NCBI GenBank assembly: GCA_963663765.2 | Contig: CAXXUA010000007.1 | Span: 32,001-96,000, forward strand | DNA length: 64,000 bases | Source: Candidatus Poribacteria bacterium | GTDB taxonomy: Bacteria > Poribacteria > WGA-4E > WGA-3G | Reading direction: 5' to 3' | Shown: positions 1-9,612 of the stretch, one piece after another | How positions within the stretch are numbered: position 1 is the first letter of the stretch | How the letters are laid out: every line of letters starts with the position of its first letter | The notes under the pieces: model-generated | The model's input: only the letters and a program-made list of their open reading frames with translations | The model's database searches: none | What the model was told of the DNA's origin: nothing | Made by a program: the position numbers and the translations under genes

Positions 1-34
1 GTTAAATTGTATTGTTTTTCCTGAATCAACGATT

Positions 35-880
35 TCAAACTTTCACAACAAATTCTGTTCCTTTTTGAAACCACTGCTGAAGAATAGTGTTTTCATTGGA
101 GGTACGTTTTGCTTGTGTTCCCGTTGCTTGTGTTAGGTCTATTGTAGCAGTAACGATCTGATCACCAAAGAATCCTGCTTCCTTTATAACATTTCCATTA
201 GGATGAATGATCTTTGAGTTGCCATGTGATGACCCAGATGACCTAAGATCATTGGGATTCGCAGGTGTATTTGTCATAACGAGATAGATGCCGTTTTCAG
301 TTGCGCGTGAAATGGGCATAGCACGATAAGCAGAGAGTTTATTTTCTGATAACAGACCTGATTCACATGAACAATAAAAGCAGATTTGTGCTCCCATTGC
401 AGCTGGCAGTTTGACTAATTCTGGATAGCGGACATCATGGCAAATGATAAAGCAACAGTCTACCCCAGCTAACTCCACAATTGGTAGTTTGCCGCGATTA
501 TTGGTACACCATTTTTCACCTGCGAGAAAAGTCTTACTGTAGCGATATCTAATGCTGCCATGTTGATCAAATATTACCAAGTCGTTATGCCAATTATCAC
601 TATCATGCTTAGCTGAACCAACTATAACTGCAATGTTGTGTCGTCGTGCTGCATCTGCGATTCTTGTTTCTGCCTCCTTAAATATCTGTGTAGAAATATG
701 TTTCCAATAGGAAGTATCACAACAATAACCGTATAAGCATCCTTCAGGAAATGCAGCTATTTGAACCTGCATTTCTGCACATGCTTCTATTTGCTTAAGC
801 ACTTTTGATGTGCTTGCATTAACGTCTTTACTTGTTAACAGCTGACATGCTGCGACTTTTATCTGGTTTTTTGACATCAT
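35..880 (-). CDS. Carbon-nitrogen hydrolase (nitrilase/amidase family)
   Basis: FPEG, YSK and IICHD motifs give the E-K-C triad; GNSKIIHPNG. Start at ATGATG (880/877), overlapping the upstream stop. Confidence 0.9.
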   Translation of the reverse strand: MMSKNQIKVAACQLLTSKDVNASTSKVLKQIEACAEMQVQIAAFPEGCLYGYCCDTSYWKHISTQIFKEAETRIADAARRHNIAVIVGSAKHDSDNWHNDLVIFDQHGSIRYRYSKTFLAGEKWCTNNRGKLPIVELAGVDCCFIICHDVRYPELVKLPAAMGAQICFYCSCESGLLSENKLSAYRAMPISRATENGIYLVMTNTPANPNDLRSSGSSHGNSKIIHPNGNVIKEAGFFGDQIVTATIDLTQATGTQAKRTSNENTILQQWFQKGTEFVVKV

Positions 881-1677
881 CCTTTTCCTAAGTTGTTTAT
901 TTTTTCGAAGTTCCAAGCAGGTGTAGAATATTTTGTATTTTCCAATGTCTCTGCTTGTGCAATTTCTTCAAACATCAGTCTGTCTTTTTTAAATGTATAC
1001 CCAACTTCATTGGTTTCACAGATTGCTGTGATTAAGGATTTTTTGGTGATAAAACGTCCATTTGTGTTAATTGCAGAGGATTTTTCTGACAATATCTGTT
1101 GTGCCATCGGATTTTTTGATACATGTTTTAGGATGTGTTTGGGTGGTATGTCTAATGAAATATATCCTTGAAACATGATACCGTTTCTGTTGCGTCTGAC
1201 CGACACACCTGCGAGTTTCTTACCGTTGCACATGACATCGTTTTCGGCAGGATTTGTCAAACAGATATTTTCAGTTGATGTAGTTGAACTTTCATTATAA
1301 CATTCTGCTGGTATGTTGAGTTTTTGGAATGCTCTAACCAGACCTTTGCCGATCAATTTGTATGTTTCAGAAACAGGGTATTCTCCCGATTTGCGTGGGA
1401 GAATCAGTGTATACGTCAAATCCCATCCATGCACGACGGTGCCCCCGCCAGTCATCCGTTTCACCAATTCAATACCCTCTGAACGGCATGCTTCAACGTC
1501 AACTTCAGAGGAAATATCTTGAAAGTACCCGAAGCTGAATGCTGGTTTTGTCCAATCGTAAAACCGTAGTGTTGGGTTGTCTTGGCAGTTCTGCGCGATG
1601 AGAATTGCTTCGTCAATTGCCATATTCATGGCTGCGCAGTTTTTGTCCATTTCTATTAGGCGTCCAGTCATTTTCAT
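877..1677 (-). CDS. Lipoate-protein ligase A / LipM-like octanoyltransferase
   Basis: NMAIDEA, PTLRFY, KRMTGGGTVVHG and GKKLAG motifs of the BPL/LplA family. Confidence 0.88.
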   Translation of the reverse strand: MKMTGRLIEMDKNCAAMNMAIDEAILIAQNCQDNPTLRFYDWTKPAFSFGYFQDISSEVDVEACRSEGIELVKRMTGGGTVVHGWDLTYTLILPRKSGEYPVSETYKLIGKGLVRAFQKLNIPAECYNESSTTSTENICLTNPAENDVMCNGKKLAGVSVRRNRNGIMFQGYISLDIPPKHILKHVSKNPMAQQILSEKSSAINTNGRFITKKSLITAICETNEVGYTFKKDRLMFEEIAQAETLENTKYSTPAWNFEKINNLGKG

Positions 1678-2309
1678 TTGGGATATGCTATCCGACAGAC
1701 AGCAGTTGTATGTGCATCACAATACCAGAAATATCCATCCCAGTAGGTCATGCCGTGCGGTTCAGGATGTGGTTCAGGTATTTCTATTTTATTACTAAGG
1801 CTGCCATTTTCTGTATTGAGTTGATATATCGCGCGATGATTGGTTTCAACGCACCAAAGTTCATCTGCGATCCAAGCGATTCCGTGGGGTCTGTCTCCAG
1901 GTGCAGGAAATGAATGCATTACTGTGAAATCGTTTTCAACATCAATTTGATAGATTGTTGCAGATGGCGGTACTGCCATCCAGAGTTTGTTATCACGCCA
2001 TTCCAGGCCGTGCGCGCCTGTCTGTCCTGCACCGGGTGTATCATAAGATGCAAGTGTCTTGCCGTTTTCTGGGTCAGTCAGCAGGATTTCACAACTATAG
2101 GTAGACGCAAGCCAAAGGTTTGTGCCAGTGTGTGTAATGCCGCTGCCTTTGTCGGAGTCGGTTGCAAGTGTCTTTTTTACTGTCCCATCATAAGAGACTA
2201 AATGCACCTCGTCTGTTTGTTGGTCGAGTATCCAGAGTCCTTCTTTGATGGCTTGCATACCGTTGGGTTGTGGTCCTGGCGCGTCAAACATTTTTTCGAT
2301 ATTTGGCAT
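1674..2309 (-). CDS. Beta-propeller protein (glutaminyl cyclotransferase/Vgb-like)
   Basis: Repeated PxG/PHGxxW blades. ATG at 2309 has a GGAG SD; stop overlaps the next start. Confidence 0.6.
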   Translation of the reverse strand: MPNIEKMFDAPGPQPNGMQAIKEGLWILDQQTDEVHLVSYDGTVKKTLATDSDKGSGITHTGTNLWLASTYSCEILLTDPENGKTLASYDTPGAGQTGAHGLEWRDNKLWMAVPPSATIYQIDVENDFTVMHSFPAPGDRPHGIAWIADELWCVETNHRAIYQLNTENGSLSNKIEIPEPHPEPHGMTYWDGYFWYCDAHTTAVCRIAYPK

Positions 2310-2348
2310 GTGATGTCTCCGCATATGGATGTCTTGTTTCGGTTCATT

Positions 2349-2477
2349 TTATACGGTAATAGGTGAGGTGTCAATGGTATTATTGATATCGTTTGTTGGG
2401 TTCGCGAAAATTAGATTTTGCCTATCTCTGATGGTTAAAGTTGAAAAACATCGATCGGCAAATAACCTCAATCTCAT
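2349..2477 (-). pseudogene. Truncated DUF5615 (PIN-like toxin) remnant
   Basis: TAATG overlap with the DUF433 stop. My translation starts MRLRLFADRCFS, like DUF5615 N-termini, then runs into unrelated sequence and stops after 42 codons. Confidence 0.5.
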
Positions 2478-2701
2478 TAAGCGACTTCCTCAAATTCTGC
2501 TAACTCACGAGCATAATCCAGACAAGCATGAATGTGCATTACTTTTAGGTCAGGAAATTCTGCAATAATTTCATGTGCTGTATATCCTGCTGCCAAGTAT
2601 CCAAGTAAGAGACTAACTGGAATCTGCGTGCCTTTTATCCGCGGTTTTCCCCGTAATATCTCTAATGTGCTAATAATATGATCTCTCCAATTAATTGGCA
2701 T
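2477..2701 (-). CDS. DUF433 family antitoxin
   Basis: GKPRIKGTQIPV...EIIAEFPDL...IHACLDYA signature. Confidence 0.9.
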   Translation of the reverse strand: MPINWRDHIISTLEILRGKPRIKGTQIPVSLLLGYLAAGYTAHEIIAEFPDLKVMHIHACLDYARELAEFEEVA

Positions 2702-2794
2702 GTGATTTTTTCCTATTCTGTTGTGAAGTTACCGTGTTTTAGAGCATTCGGAGTTTCGCATACAAGAACCAAATCTATGTTTTATCAAAGCCTG

Positions 2795-3037
2795 TTAACG
2801 TTCTCGCTTAGCATAGCCTGGTTGATAGTCGTTGATGAATCTTGTTAATCCTTCTCCTTCTTTCGCCAATTCTTTCATCTCCTCAACGTCATCCTTACCT
2901 GCACTCTCATAAGTATACAGATAGATTCTACCGCTCGTAAACTGGATTCTGATAAATTTAGCTCCCGCTTCATAAGCAGCGATTCCCGAATTTCCATGAA
3001 GATTACCATATCGTTTCATGCGTTTTTTCTTTTGCAT
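2795..3037 (-). CDS. Small conserved hypothetical protein (KTSC-like)
   Basis: Strong AGGAGG SD; NSGIAAYE..I.IQF..G..YLY...G pattern. Confidence 0.65.
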   Translation of the reverse strand: MQKKKRMKRYGNLHGNSGIAAYEAGAKFIRIQFTSGRIYLYTYESAGKDDVEEMKELAKEGEGLTRFINDYQPGYAKRER

Positions 3038-3118
3038 GGGTTTCCTCCTATGTGAGAACTATAGTTTCGTCTATTATAGCACATTCGAAACTTTTTGTTA
3101 GATGAAATTACTCATTTT

Positions 3119-3399
3119 TAGGGTTATTTAGTTTTAAGAGTATTCTGTTATTGAGATTTACTGAAAGTTAATACCCCAGGCCGGTAGGTGCGGTTAGAAA
3201 CCGCACCGAATCCTAATAGGGAAAGTTGCCATGAAGGTTTTTGATCCAAATTCAGCAGAATACGCCAAATCAACGGTATGAATGTTATATAGCATTCCCC
3301 GTTTGGTATTCTGCATTGGTTAGAAACCGCAACTACCAGCATGGAATATATAGCATGTGTTAAAAATTCGCAAGAAATACCTGAAACTAAATAACCCTG
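3119..3399. mobile_element. MITE family A (TIR YAGGGTTATTTAGTTT)
   Basis: TIRs at 3119-3134 and 3384-3399; 9-bp direct repeat ACTCATTTT at 3110-3118 and 3400-3408; internal REPs and a hairpin mini-element. Confidence 0.85.
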
Positions 3400-3412
3400 A
3401 CTCATTTTGGGT

Positions 3413-3835
3413 TTACGGGCAAGTGTCCTTGGTTAGCAAGTGTTTATGTGATTTTGTTTTGTATACTTTTCCTTGAGATACATGCACCTTAAAATCTGCA
3501 ATCAATTTATTATCTTTGGAGATCAAAACTTTTACTTCCGCAATGAGTGCTAATGCAATAATGTGCGGATCGTCTGATTTAATTTCGTCTTTTATTTTAT
3601 CATTTTTTTCTTGCACATCTTGGGCTAATACTAATTTGAGTTTACCCCTTCTTTGCAGTTGTCTTCTTAACGTGTACCCACCTCCTTTATCCCATTCCTT
3701 TCTAAATTTCTCGGTATCAGAGTAAACAATTTTGCCGTTTTTTCTTTCTAACCACTGGTGCACAAACTTCAGATCTTCATCAACTGGATCCTTTTTAAAT
3801 CTACCAATCAAATTAACATCTAAAATAGCACACAT
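3413..3835 (-). CDS. PIN-domain protein
   Basis: N-terminal ILDVN, DDPHIIALA and LISKDNKL acidic PIN motifs; starts 2 bp after the ATPase stop. Confidence 0.8.
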   Translation of the reverse strand: MCAILDVNLIGRFKKDPVDEDLKFVHQWLERKNGKIVYSDTEKFRKEWDKGGGYTLRRQLQRRGKLKLVLAQDVQEKNDKIKDEIKSDDPHIIALALIAEVKVLISKDNKLIADFKVHVSQGKVYKTKSHKHLLTKDTCP

Positions 3836-3837
3836 AG

Positions 3838-5169
3838 TTAATCCTCAAAACCCATGAGTCGGTTAGTTTCTTTTAAGAAAAATTTACCATAATGTGGCGG
3901 CACACCTACCATATTTGCCATTTTGTCAAAACCGATATTATGCACCTTTACGATATTTCCCTTTGGTTCAAAGTAGATTAGGGATACATCTTCAGGTTTG
4001 ATGTTTCCTTTTCTTATTTCAATGCGTGCACGGTCAATCATGTAATCACTGTGTGTCTCAATTATGAATGACCTATTCCCTTGGCTTGTAAAGTTTGCTA
4101 ATAAAGAAGATAGTTCTGCTTGTGCCCTTGGATGCAAGTGCACCTCTGGCTGTTGTAATAAGAAATAAGACATATCCTCATAATCAGGTTGAGTCCTCTT
4201 GCGAATACCGTGATTTAGTATTTGCACCAAAATTGGCAAAATTTGGCTGACACCGTAGCCGACATCGATTATATTTGAAGTAGGTCCTCGGACCTTGAAT
4301 TGTAATTGGAATGGTCCGCCAAGAGATCGTCCAAAGTTTTTTATTTTTATGTCTTGGAAGAGTCCAGAACTTATCCCAAATTCGATTAGTTGTTGTTTTA
4401 GTATTTCCCATTCCTTTTTTTCAGTCGCCTCTATTCGCATTAGTAGCATCGGGACATCACTGCCTTCTGGATCATCAAATTCCCGTGTTGGATCGTAAGT
4501 ACGTTTAGGTCGTGATCTAATCGGCGATGTACTAAATACAGATAAACTACCAAAGGAATCCCACGGTCGGTAATCACCTGTTCCTATATAGTGATTCTTT
4601 TTACTTAGATATTCCTCTAAGGCAATTTCTGCATCAGATTCATCTCTGAAATGGAGTGAAAGTATTTTAATATAAGGTGGAGTTAAGGTATCAGTTCCAC
4701 AAATTATTTGATATTGATTTCGTTTTTTATCATAAGAGGCTAAACGCACAGTCTTTGCGATTTGTTGTCCAGTTTCAAGAATGACTTCACCATCAACGAA
4801 TTTCACTCTTATTGAACTAACAGTCGGCTCAATTCCTCCTTTTTTCTCAACAAATTCAACTGTCACTTCAACATTTTCATTACTATATCTACCTGCAAAA
4901 CTATATCTACCCGTAAACCCGAGCTTAAAATATTTTTCTTTTTTCTTACTATTTCTGACAATATCTCGGTAGGTTCCCAGTGAGTAGGGATAAGGATTAA
5001 TATCTAACTCTCCATGTCGTAAATAATTTGCTAATACATGAAAACATGCAAGTGTAGTCGTCTTACCGGTGCTGTTTTCTCCAACCAAGAAGGTTAACGG
5101 GCGGATTTCAAGTGTTTGCCGTCCAGCAAAACAACGGACCTCTTCCATTGTAAATTGTGTAATGCTCAT
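3838..5169 (-). CDS. ABC-type ATPase (AAA_15/AAA_21, DUF3696-like C-terminus)
   Basis: Walker A GENSTGKT, signature VGYGVSQILP, Walker B/D-loop LLQQPEVHLHP, H-loop IIETHS. Confidence 0.88.
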   Translation of the reverse strand: MSITQFTMEEVRCFAGRQTLEIRPLTFLVGENSTGKTTTLACFHVLANYLRHGELDINPYPYSLGTYRDIVRNSKKKEKYFKLGFTGRYSFAGRYSNENVEVTVEFVEKKGGIEPTVSSIRVKFVDGEVILETGQQIAKTVRLASYDKKRNQYQIICGTDTLTPPYIKILSLHFRDESDAEIALEEYLSKKNHYIGTGDYRPWDSFGSLSVFSTSPIRSRPKRTYDPTREFDDPEGSDVPMLLMRIEATEKKEWEILKQQLIEFGISSGLFQDIKIKNFGRSLGGPFQLQFKVRGPTSNIIDVGYGVSQILPILVQILNHGIRKRTQPDYEDMSYFLLQQPEVHLHPRAQAELSSLLANFTSQGNRSFIIETHSDYMIDRARIEIRKGNIKPEDVSLIYFEPKGNIVKVHNIGFDKMANMVGVPPHYGKFFLKETNRLMGFED

Positions 5170-5191
5170 GATAATATCACGGAAAGACAGA

Positions 5192-5411
5192 ATTGCGAGT
5201 TTCCAGCGCGCTTACAAAGCACGCCTACCGTTGCGCATGAACCAATATTGCGAGTTTCCAGCGCGCTTACAAAGCACGTCTACCATTTGCACGTGAACCA
5301 ATATTGCGAGTTTCCAGCGCGCTTACAAAGCACGTCTACCATTTGCACGTGAACCAATATTGCGAGTTTCCAGCGCGCTTACAAAGCACGTCTACCATTT
5401 GCACGTGAACC
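5192..5411. repeat. Tandem array of four 55-56 bp units, REP-derived
   Basis: Units start at 5192, 5247, 5303 and 5359. Units 2-4 are identical; unit 1 differs slightly. No unique spacers. Confidence 0.95.
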
Positions 5412-5473
5412 TATTTAAAGTATAGCATATTATGTAAGGAAACTGAAGATCATTTTACCTACAGTATGGTTGC

Positions 5474-8053
5474 TTAAGATCGTCTCATATCAATGCGGCG
5501 GAGGGCGATGTCTATGAGTAATAGGATTAGGGCTGCGATGAGGAAAGGTCGCCACAGATGTATCCGCAGTGTTACTGGGTTTTCAGGTGTGCGAAATACA
5601 TCTTCAGCGGAAATGTTGAATTTCCCACCAGACACATTTGAGAGCTGCGTGAGAAGTGATTCGTTAGCATTGTGGACAAGATATTCGTCTTGATAGGATA
5701 CAACGGTTCCGGAGACTTGGGTATTGACGATTTCACTCCCTTGTTTTTGTACGATGTTTAAGAAATAGGGACCGACATCTTGTGTTGGAAATTCAAGTTC
5801 ATATTTTCCGGGAGAAGTTTGTGAGATTGCGAGCTGTTTCTTTTTGAGATCAGGACCAATTAGGGAAATATCACTGTCTAACTCGTTCAGAAATTCACCG
5901 TCTTCACTCAATGCGTCAATGGTGAGATGTGCAATTCCCTTATCTTTTGTGATTTGTGCTTGAAAATTACTGAGTGTTGTTTTTCGCATTGTATCACGCA
6001 CGAGTTGTGTCCAAAATTTGCCATAACCCGGCCACTCTAACCAATCAGAAGCCCACCGTGCTTTTGCATCTGAAGTAAAAGCTACAGATTTGCCTAAACC
6101 GTATTGCCAGCTTGCAAGAACAGGATCGCCTCTGTCAGAGACGAGGAAAATCTCTGCAGTGGGTCTTGGTTGCGTAGCCACATATCCGAGTAGGAAGGGG
6201 GCAAGTTCCAAATCTATCCCGTTTAGAACTTGTGTCGGTTTGATGCGTTGCGGTATGAATGGTGTATCAATGATTGCAGACTTAGAAGCAGTGACTGTTT
6301 CTTTTGCGAAAATCTGTGGTACATTGTATGGGTCTTGTGTGAAATAGTCGCGTCCACCACCCCACTTGGCAAGATTCCCCAATAGGTTCATATCTGCACC
6401 AGAACCGATACCGACGGTTGATATTGTGATGCGTTCAGAATGCATTGAATTCGCGATTCCGTACCAGTCTCCACCTTGCGAATGACCATCACTCAGAACG
6501 ATGACGTGTTTAAGTTTCGCAGTTGTTTCGGTAAGTGCATAGTATGCTTGCTGCAATGCAGGATATAGGTTTGTTCCACCACCTGCAGTAATAGAACCGA
6601 CCTGATTTGAGATGAATTGCTTATCGGATGCATCGTGCATTTCAGTGATCCAGAATGGAGATCCGTCAAATGCGATGACACCGATTTTGTCGCGTGGACC
6701 GAGAAGTTCAACAGTTGCGCGTGCTGCTTCTTTTGCTAATTCTATCTTGATCCCACCCATACTGCCTGATTTATCTATCACTAACAGCATGGCTAATGAA
6801 GGTGTTTCTTTTTTCTTTTCGGTATCGGTGCGGACAGGTAGTACCTCTTCAATTGGGGTTTTATAGTATCCACCCAATCCAAAACTGTTTTCACTTCCGA
6901 GCATCATATATCCACCGCCGAGGTCTTGGACATAAGTGCGTATGAGTTCCATCTGTTTCTCACTGAGACGGTTGGCAGGAACATCACTGAAGATGATGAG
7001 TTCGTAGTTTTGGAGATCTGCTAATTCATTAGGGACACCTATGCCGTTACGGACATCCACACGAATCTTTGCTTCCTCAAGTACGCGCATAAGGTATCTG
7101 GTCTGAGACTCGTTTTCGTCAATTAGCAGCACTTTTGGTTTTCCAGAGACAGAAACTATTCCAAGAGCTTTGTTATTGTCGTAGCGTGTATCTTCTGTTG
7201 TTCTGCAAGTTACATCATAGGTCAACGTTCCGCTTTCCATAGATGTTTCCATGAAAACAATGCGATTCTCACCTTCAACGAGTCGAACCTCTTTCTTCGC
7301 AGCTTCAAATTTATTCTTGTATAGTTTGACTTCTGCTATATCCTCGTGATTGCTGTGGATAATTACTTCTAAATTGAAGGGTGCACCTTGTTTGACTTGT
7401 GCAGGAGCGTCAATTCGTTGTACCATGACTTCAGGTGAGTCGCTGGGATAGATAGGTACTGTGTCAATCTGTATGTCAAAGTCCTTTCCCCGTAGCCCTG
7501 TATGAATAGCATCACCTTGGGTTTCAATTCCGTCTGTGATTAGGACAATTCTTTTGTTTGCATTTGCTGGAAAAACACTCCATGCCGTTTCAATTGCTTG
7601 TGCAATATTTGTCGTGTCGCCGACATCCTCATCTTTCTCTAACCAAGTTTTCTTTATGTCTGCGAAATCAATTTTGGCTTCAGATTGTTGTTGATCTTGA
7701 GTATCTGGGGAATTTAGAATCTCTGCATTTTCAGTAAATGCTATAACACCAATTTGCTGATTCCCACTCTGGGATTTGAGTGCTTCATCAACAAATTCCG
7801 TTGATTTTTTCAATCCTTCTTCAGAGATACTGTCAGAAATATCTGTCAAAAACATCACAGCAAGTTTGTTATCCGTCTTTAGGTACTGGAAGTCTACCAC
7901 ACTTAGGATAAGTAGAAGTACTATAATGATTCTGACACATAAACTAACAATTCTCTGCGTCAGTGACAAGTCTACGAGACTGCGACGAAAGCCATAGTAA
8001 AGGACTGGTAATAAAACCAGCAGCAATAGTAAAAATGGGCGTGTTATTTCCAT
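5474..8053 (-). CDS. Membrane VWA protein with glutamine amidotransferase-like domain
   Basis: Two MIDAS-type motifs (DISDS, DKSGSM), GGGYMMLG GATase-like segment, WQYGLGKSVAFTSD, N- and C-terminal TM segments. Confidence 0.85.
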   Translation of the reverse strand: MEITRPFLLLLLVLLPVLYYGFRRSLVDLSLTQRIVSLCVRIIIVLLLILSVVDFQYLKTDNKLAVMFLTDISDSISEEGLKKSTEFVDEALKSQSGNQQIGVIAFTENAEILNSPDTQDQQQSEAKIDFADIKKTWLEKDEDVGDTTNIAQAIETAWSVFPANANKRIVLITDGIETQGDAIHTGLRGKDFDIQIDTVPIYPSDSPEVMVQRIDAPAQVKQGAPFNLEVIIHSNHEDIAEVKLYKNKFEAAKKEVRLVEGENRIVFMETSMESGTLTYDVTCRTTEDTRYDNNKALGIVSVSGKPKVLLIDENESQTRYLMRVLEEAKIRVDVRNGIGVPNELADLQNYELIIFSDVPANRLSEKQMELIRTYVQDLGGGYMMLGSENSFGLGGYYKTPIEEVLPVRTDTEKKKETPSLAMLLVIDKSGSMGGIKIELAKEAARATVELLGPRDKIGVIAFDGSPFWITEMHDASDKQFISNQVGSITAGGGTNLYPALQQAYYALTETTAKLKHVIVLSDGHSQGGDWYGIANSMHSERITISTVGIGSGADMNLLGNLAKWGGGRDYFTQDPYNVPQIFAKETVTASKSAIIDTPFIPQRIKPTQVLNGIDLELAPFLLGYVATQPRPTAEIFLVSDRGDPVLASWQYGLGKSVAFTSDAKARWASDWLEWPGYGKFWTQLVRDTMRKTTLSNFQAQITKDKGIAHLTIDALSEDGEFLNELDSDISLIGPDLKKKQLAISQTSPGKYELEFPTQDVGPYFLNIVQKQGSEIVNTQVSGTVVSYQDEYLVHNANESLLTQLSNVSGGKFNISAEDVFRTPENPVTLRIHLWRPFLIAALILLLIDIALRRIDMRRS

Positions 8054-8193
8054 ATCTGCGTTATTTTCCCATAGAGTAGATTACAAGATTGGTAATCAAG
8101 TTGTTGTTTCATTATAACATATCAACTTTAGGTAGACAATATTAATAGTGTATGTTCAGACTTTTTTGGTTCTTTACACTTTTTATTTTATAT

Positions 8194-9333
8194 TCATCGT
8201 TGTAGATCAGCAATTAGTGTTTCTAAATTGATGTATTTAACTGAAATACCGTTGAATTCCGTAACAAAAGGATGGTCAACATCCTGCGCTATGACATAAT
8301 TTGCACCATCAGGATATTGTCTTCGAAATGCAAGTAATTGGCGTGGTGAAAAACCTGCTTCAGACCATTTACACTCAATTGCTATAGGTTCTTTTCGGTG
8401 GTGTGAAAGAATGAAATCTATTTCGTGTCCTCTTTTATCCCGCCAATATTGAATATCTTGAGTTTGTGTATGTGCTATTATTTCGTTTAGAACAAAATGT
8501 TCCCATAATATACCTAAATCTTCTTGTCGCAGTTGCATCCACCCTTTATGATAGCAGACGAAACCTGTGTCAAATCCATAAACTTTAGGTGCAGCAACAA
8601 TTTCAGTTGAACGACGAGAACTGAAGGGTCTAACGATATGTATTACGTAGGTCGCTTCTAAAACAGACAGATAGTTTGAAATTGTACTACGACTTACTTC
8701 ACAAGGTGCAGCGAAACGGGATGCTTCAAAAACATCACCACTCTGTGTCATCAGTAGTTCAGTAAATTTCTGAAACGAATAACGACGTTCAAGTCGAAAT
8801 AGTTCTTGTATATCTTTTGCCCAATATGCATCTATCCATTCTTGATATTCTTTTTCAGGATATTCTGCTTCAAGAAAATATGGAGGTAACCCACCATGTA
8901 ATAGACGATGTTGCAGATTTTCCTGATTGAAATCGAGCAGGTCGTTAGTTATTATTGGCGTTAACCACAATTCTACCTTGCGTCCAGCAAGTGTGTCCCG
9001 AAATTTTGTACTAGCACCGAGTGTTGATGAACCTGTAGCAACAATATATATTTGTGGATAGTGATCTGACGCAATCTTTAATAGTTCTGATGGGTTTTGC
9101 AAACGGTGTATTTCATCAAGGACTATTCTTCCGCTTCTGATGTTGTTCAGAAACCCTTGCGGGTCTTCCATCAATCGTCTGACACGAGGCAGTTCACAAT
9201 CAAAATACTCAATCTCAGGAATTGTTTGACACAAGCAGGTTTTTCCAACCCTTCGTACACCAGATAACCACACGACTGACCGTCGTTCCCAAGCAGCTTC
9301 AATACGATTTAACCAGAATTCTCGTTTTATCAT
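8194..9333 (-). CDS. AAA_14/DUF4143 ATP-binding protein
   Basis: GVRRVGKT, LDEIH, ATGSS, LAGR, HGGLP, PKVYGFDTG, C-terminal EIDF...IECK nuclease-like motif. Start MIKRE at 9333. Confidence 0.9.
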   Translation of the reverse strand: MIKREFWLNRIEAAWERRSVVWLSGVRRVGKTCLCQTIPEIEYFDCELPRVRRLMEDPQGFLNNIRSGRIVLDEIHRLQNPSELLKIASDHYPQIYIVATGSSTLGASTKFRDTLAGRKVELWLTPIITNDLLDFNQENLQHRLLHGGLPPYFLEAEYPEKEYQEWIDAYWAKDIQELFRLERRYSFQKFTELLMTQSGDVFEASRFAAPCEVSRSTISNYLSVLEATYVIHIVRPFSSRRSTEIVAAPKVYGFDTGFVCYHKGWMQLRQEDLGILWEHFVLNEIIAHTQTQDIQYWRDKRGHEIDFILSHHRKEPIAIECKWSEAGFSPRQLLAFRRQYPDGANYVIAQDVDHPFVTEFNGISVKYINLETLIADLQR

Positions 9334-9339
9334 ACATGA

Positions 9340-9419
9340 ATCGTATCGTATAGTGCTACTATATGTCAAGTCTATTTGCATATAGTAGCACTATTTGTAA
9401 AGTCTACTTGCATATAGTA
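9340..9419 (-). promoter_or_regulatory. Sigma70-type promoter with an overlapping 15-bp inverted repeat (putative operator)
   Basis: TTGACA (9369-9364) and TACGAT (9345-9340) on the - strand; IR 9351-9365/9379-9393; direct repeat AAGTCTAYTTGCATATAGTA. Confidence 0.6.
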
Positions 9420-9612
9420 ACAAAATATATGTCTTTTCTAAACATAGATTTTTCAAAAAAGTTACCAAATGGACACTTTTTTCGTTTTTTTGGCAACATT
9501 GCAAAACCGATAGTAAACATAGTCATCGTAAGGGTTTATAGGTGTTTTTTTCGTAAATTTCCAAATTTAAAAAATATTTTCATAATGTGTAACATTTTTC
9601 TCTATGGTTTAT

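Noticed and set aside
3148-3405. 85-aa ORF (also 17531-17815, 17947-18201, 36836-37060, 60601-60891)
   Set aside because: They overlap MITE/REP DNA and show no protein-family features.
5192-5411. CRISPR array
   Set aside because: Units are contiguous and near-identical with no unique spacers; no cas genes in the window.
9491-9503. TGGCAACATTGCA as a sigma-54 promoter
   Set aside because: GG-GC spacing is too short for -24/-12.
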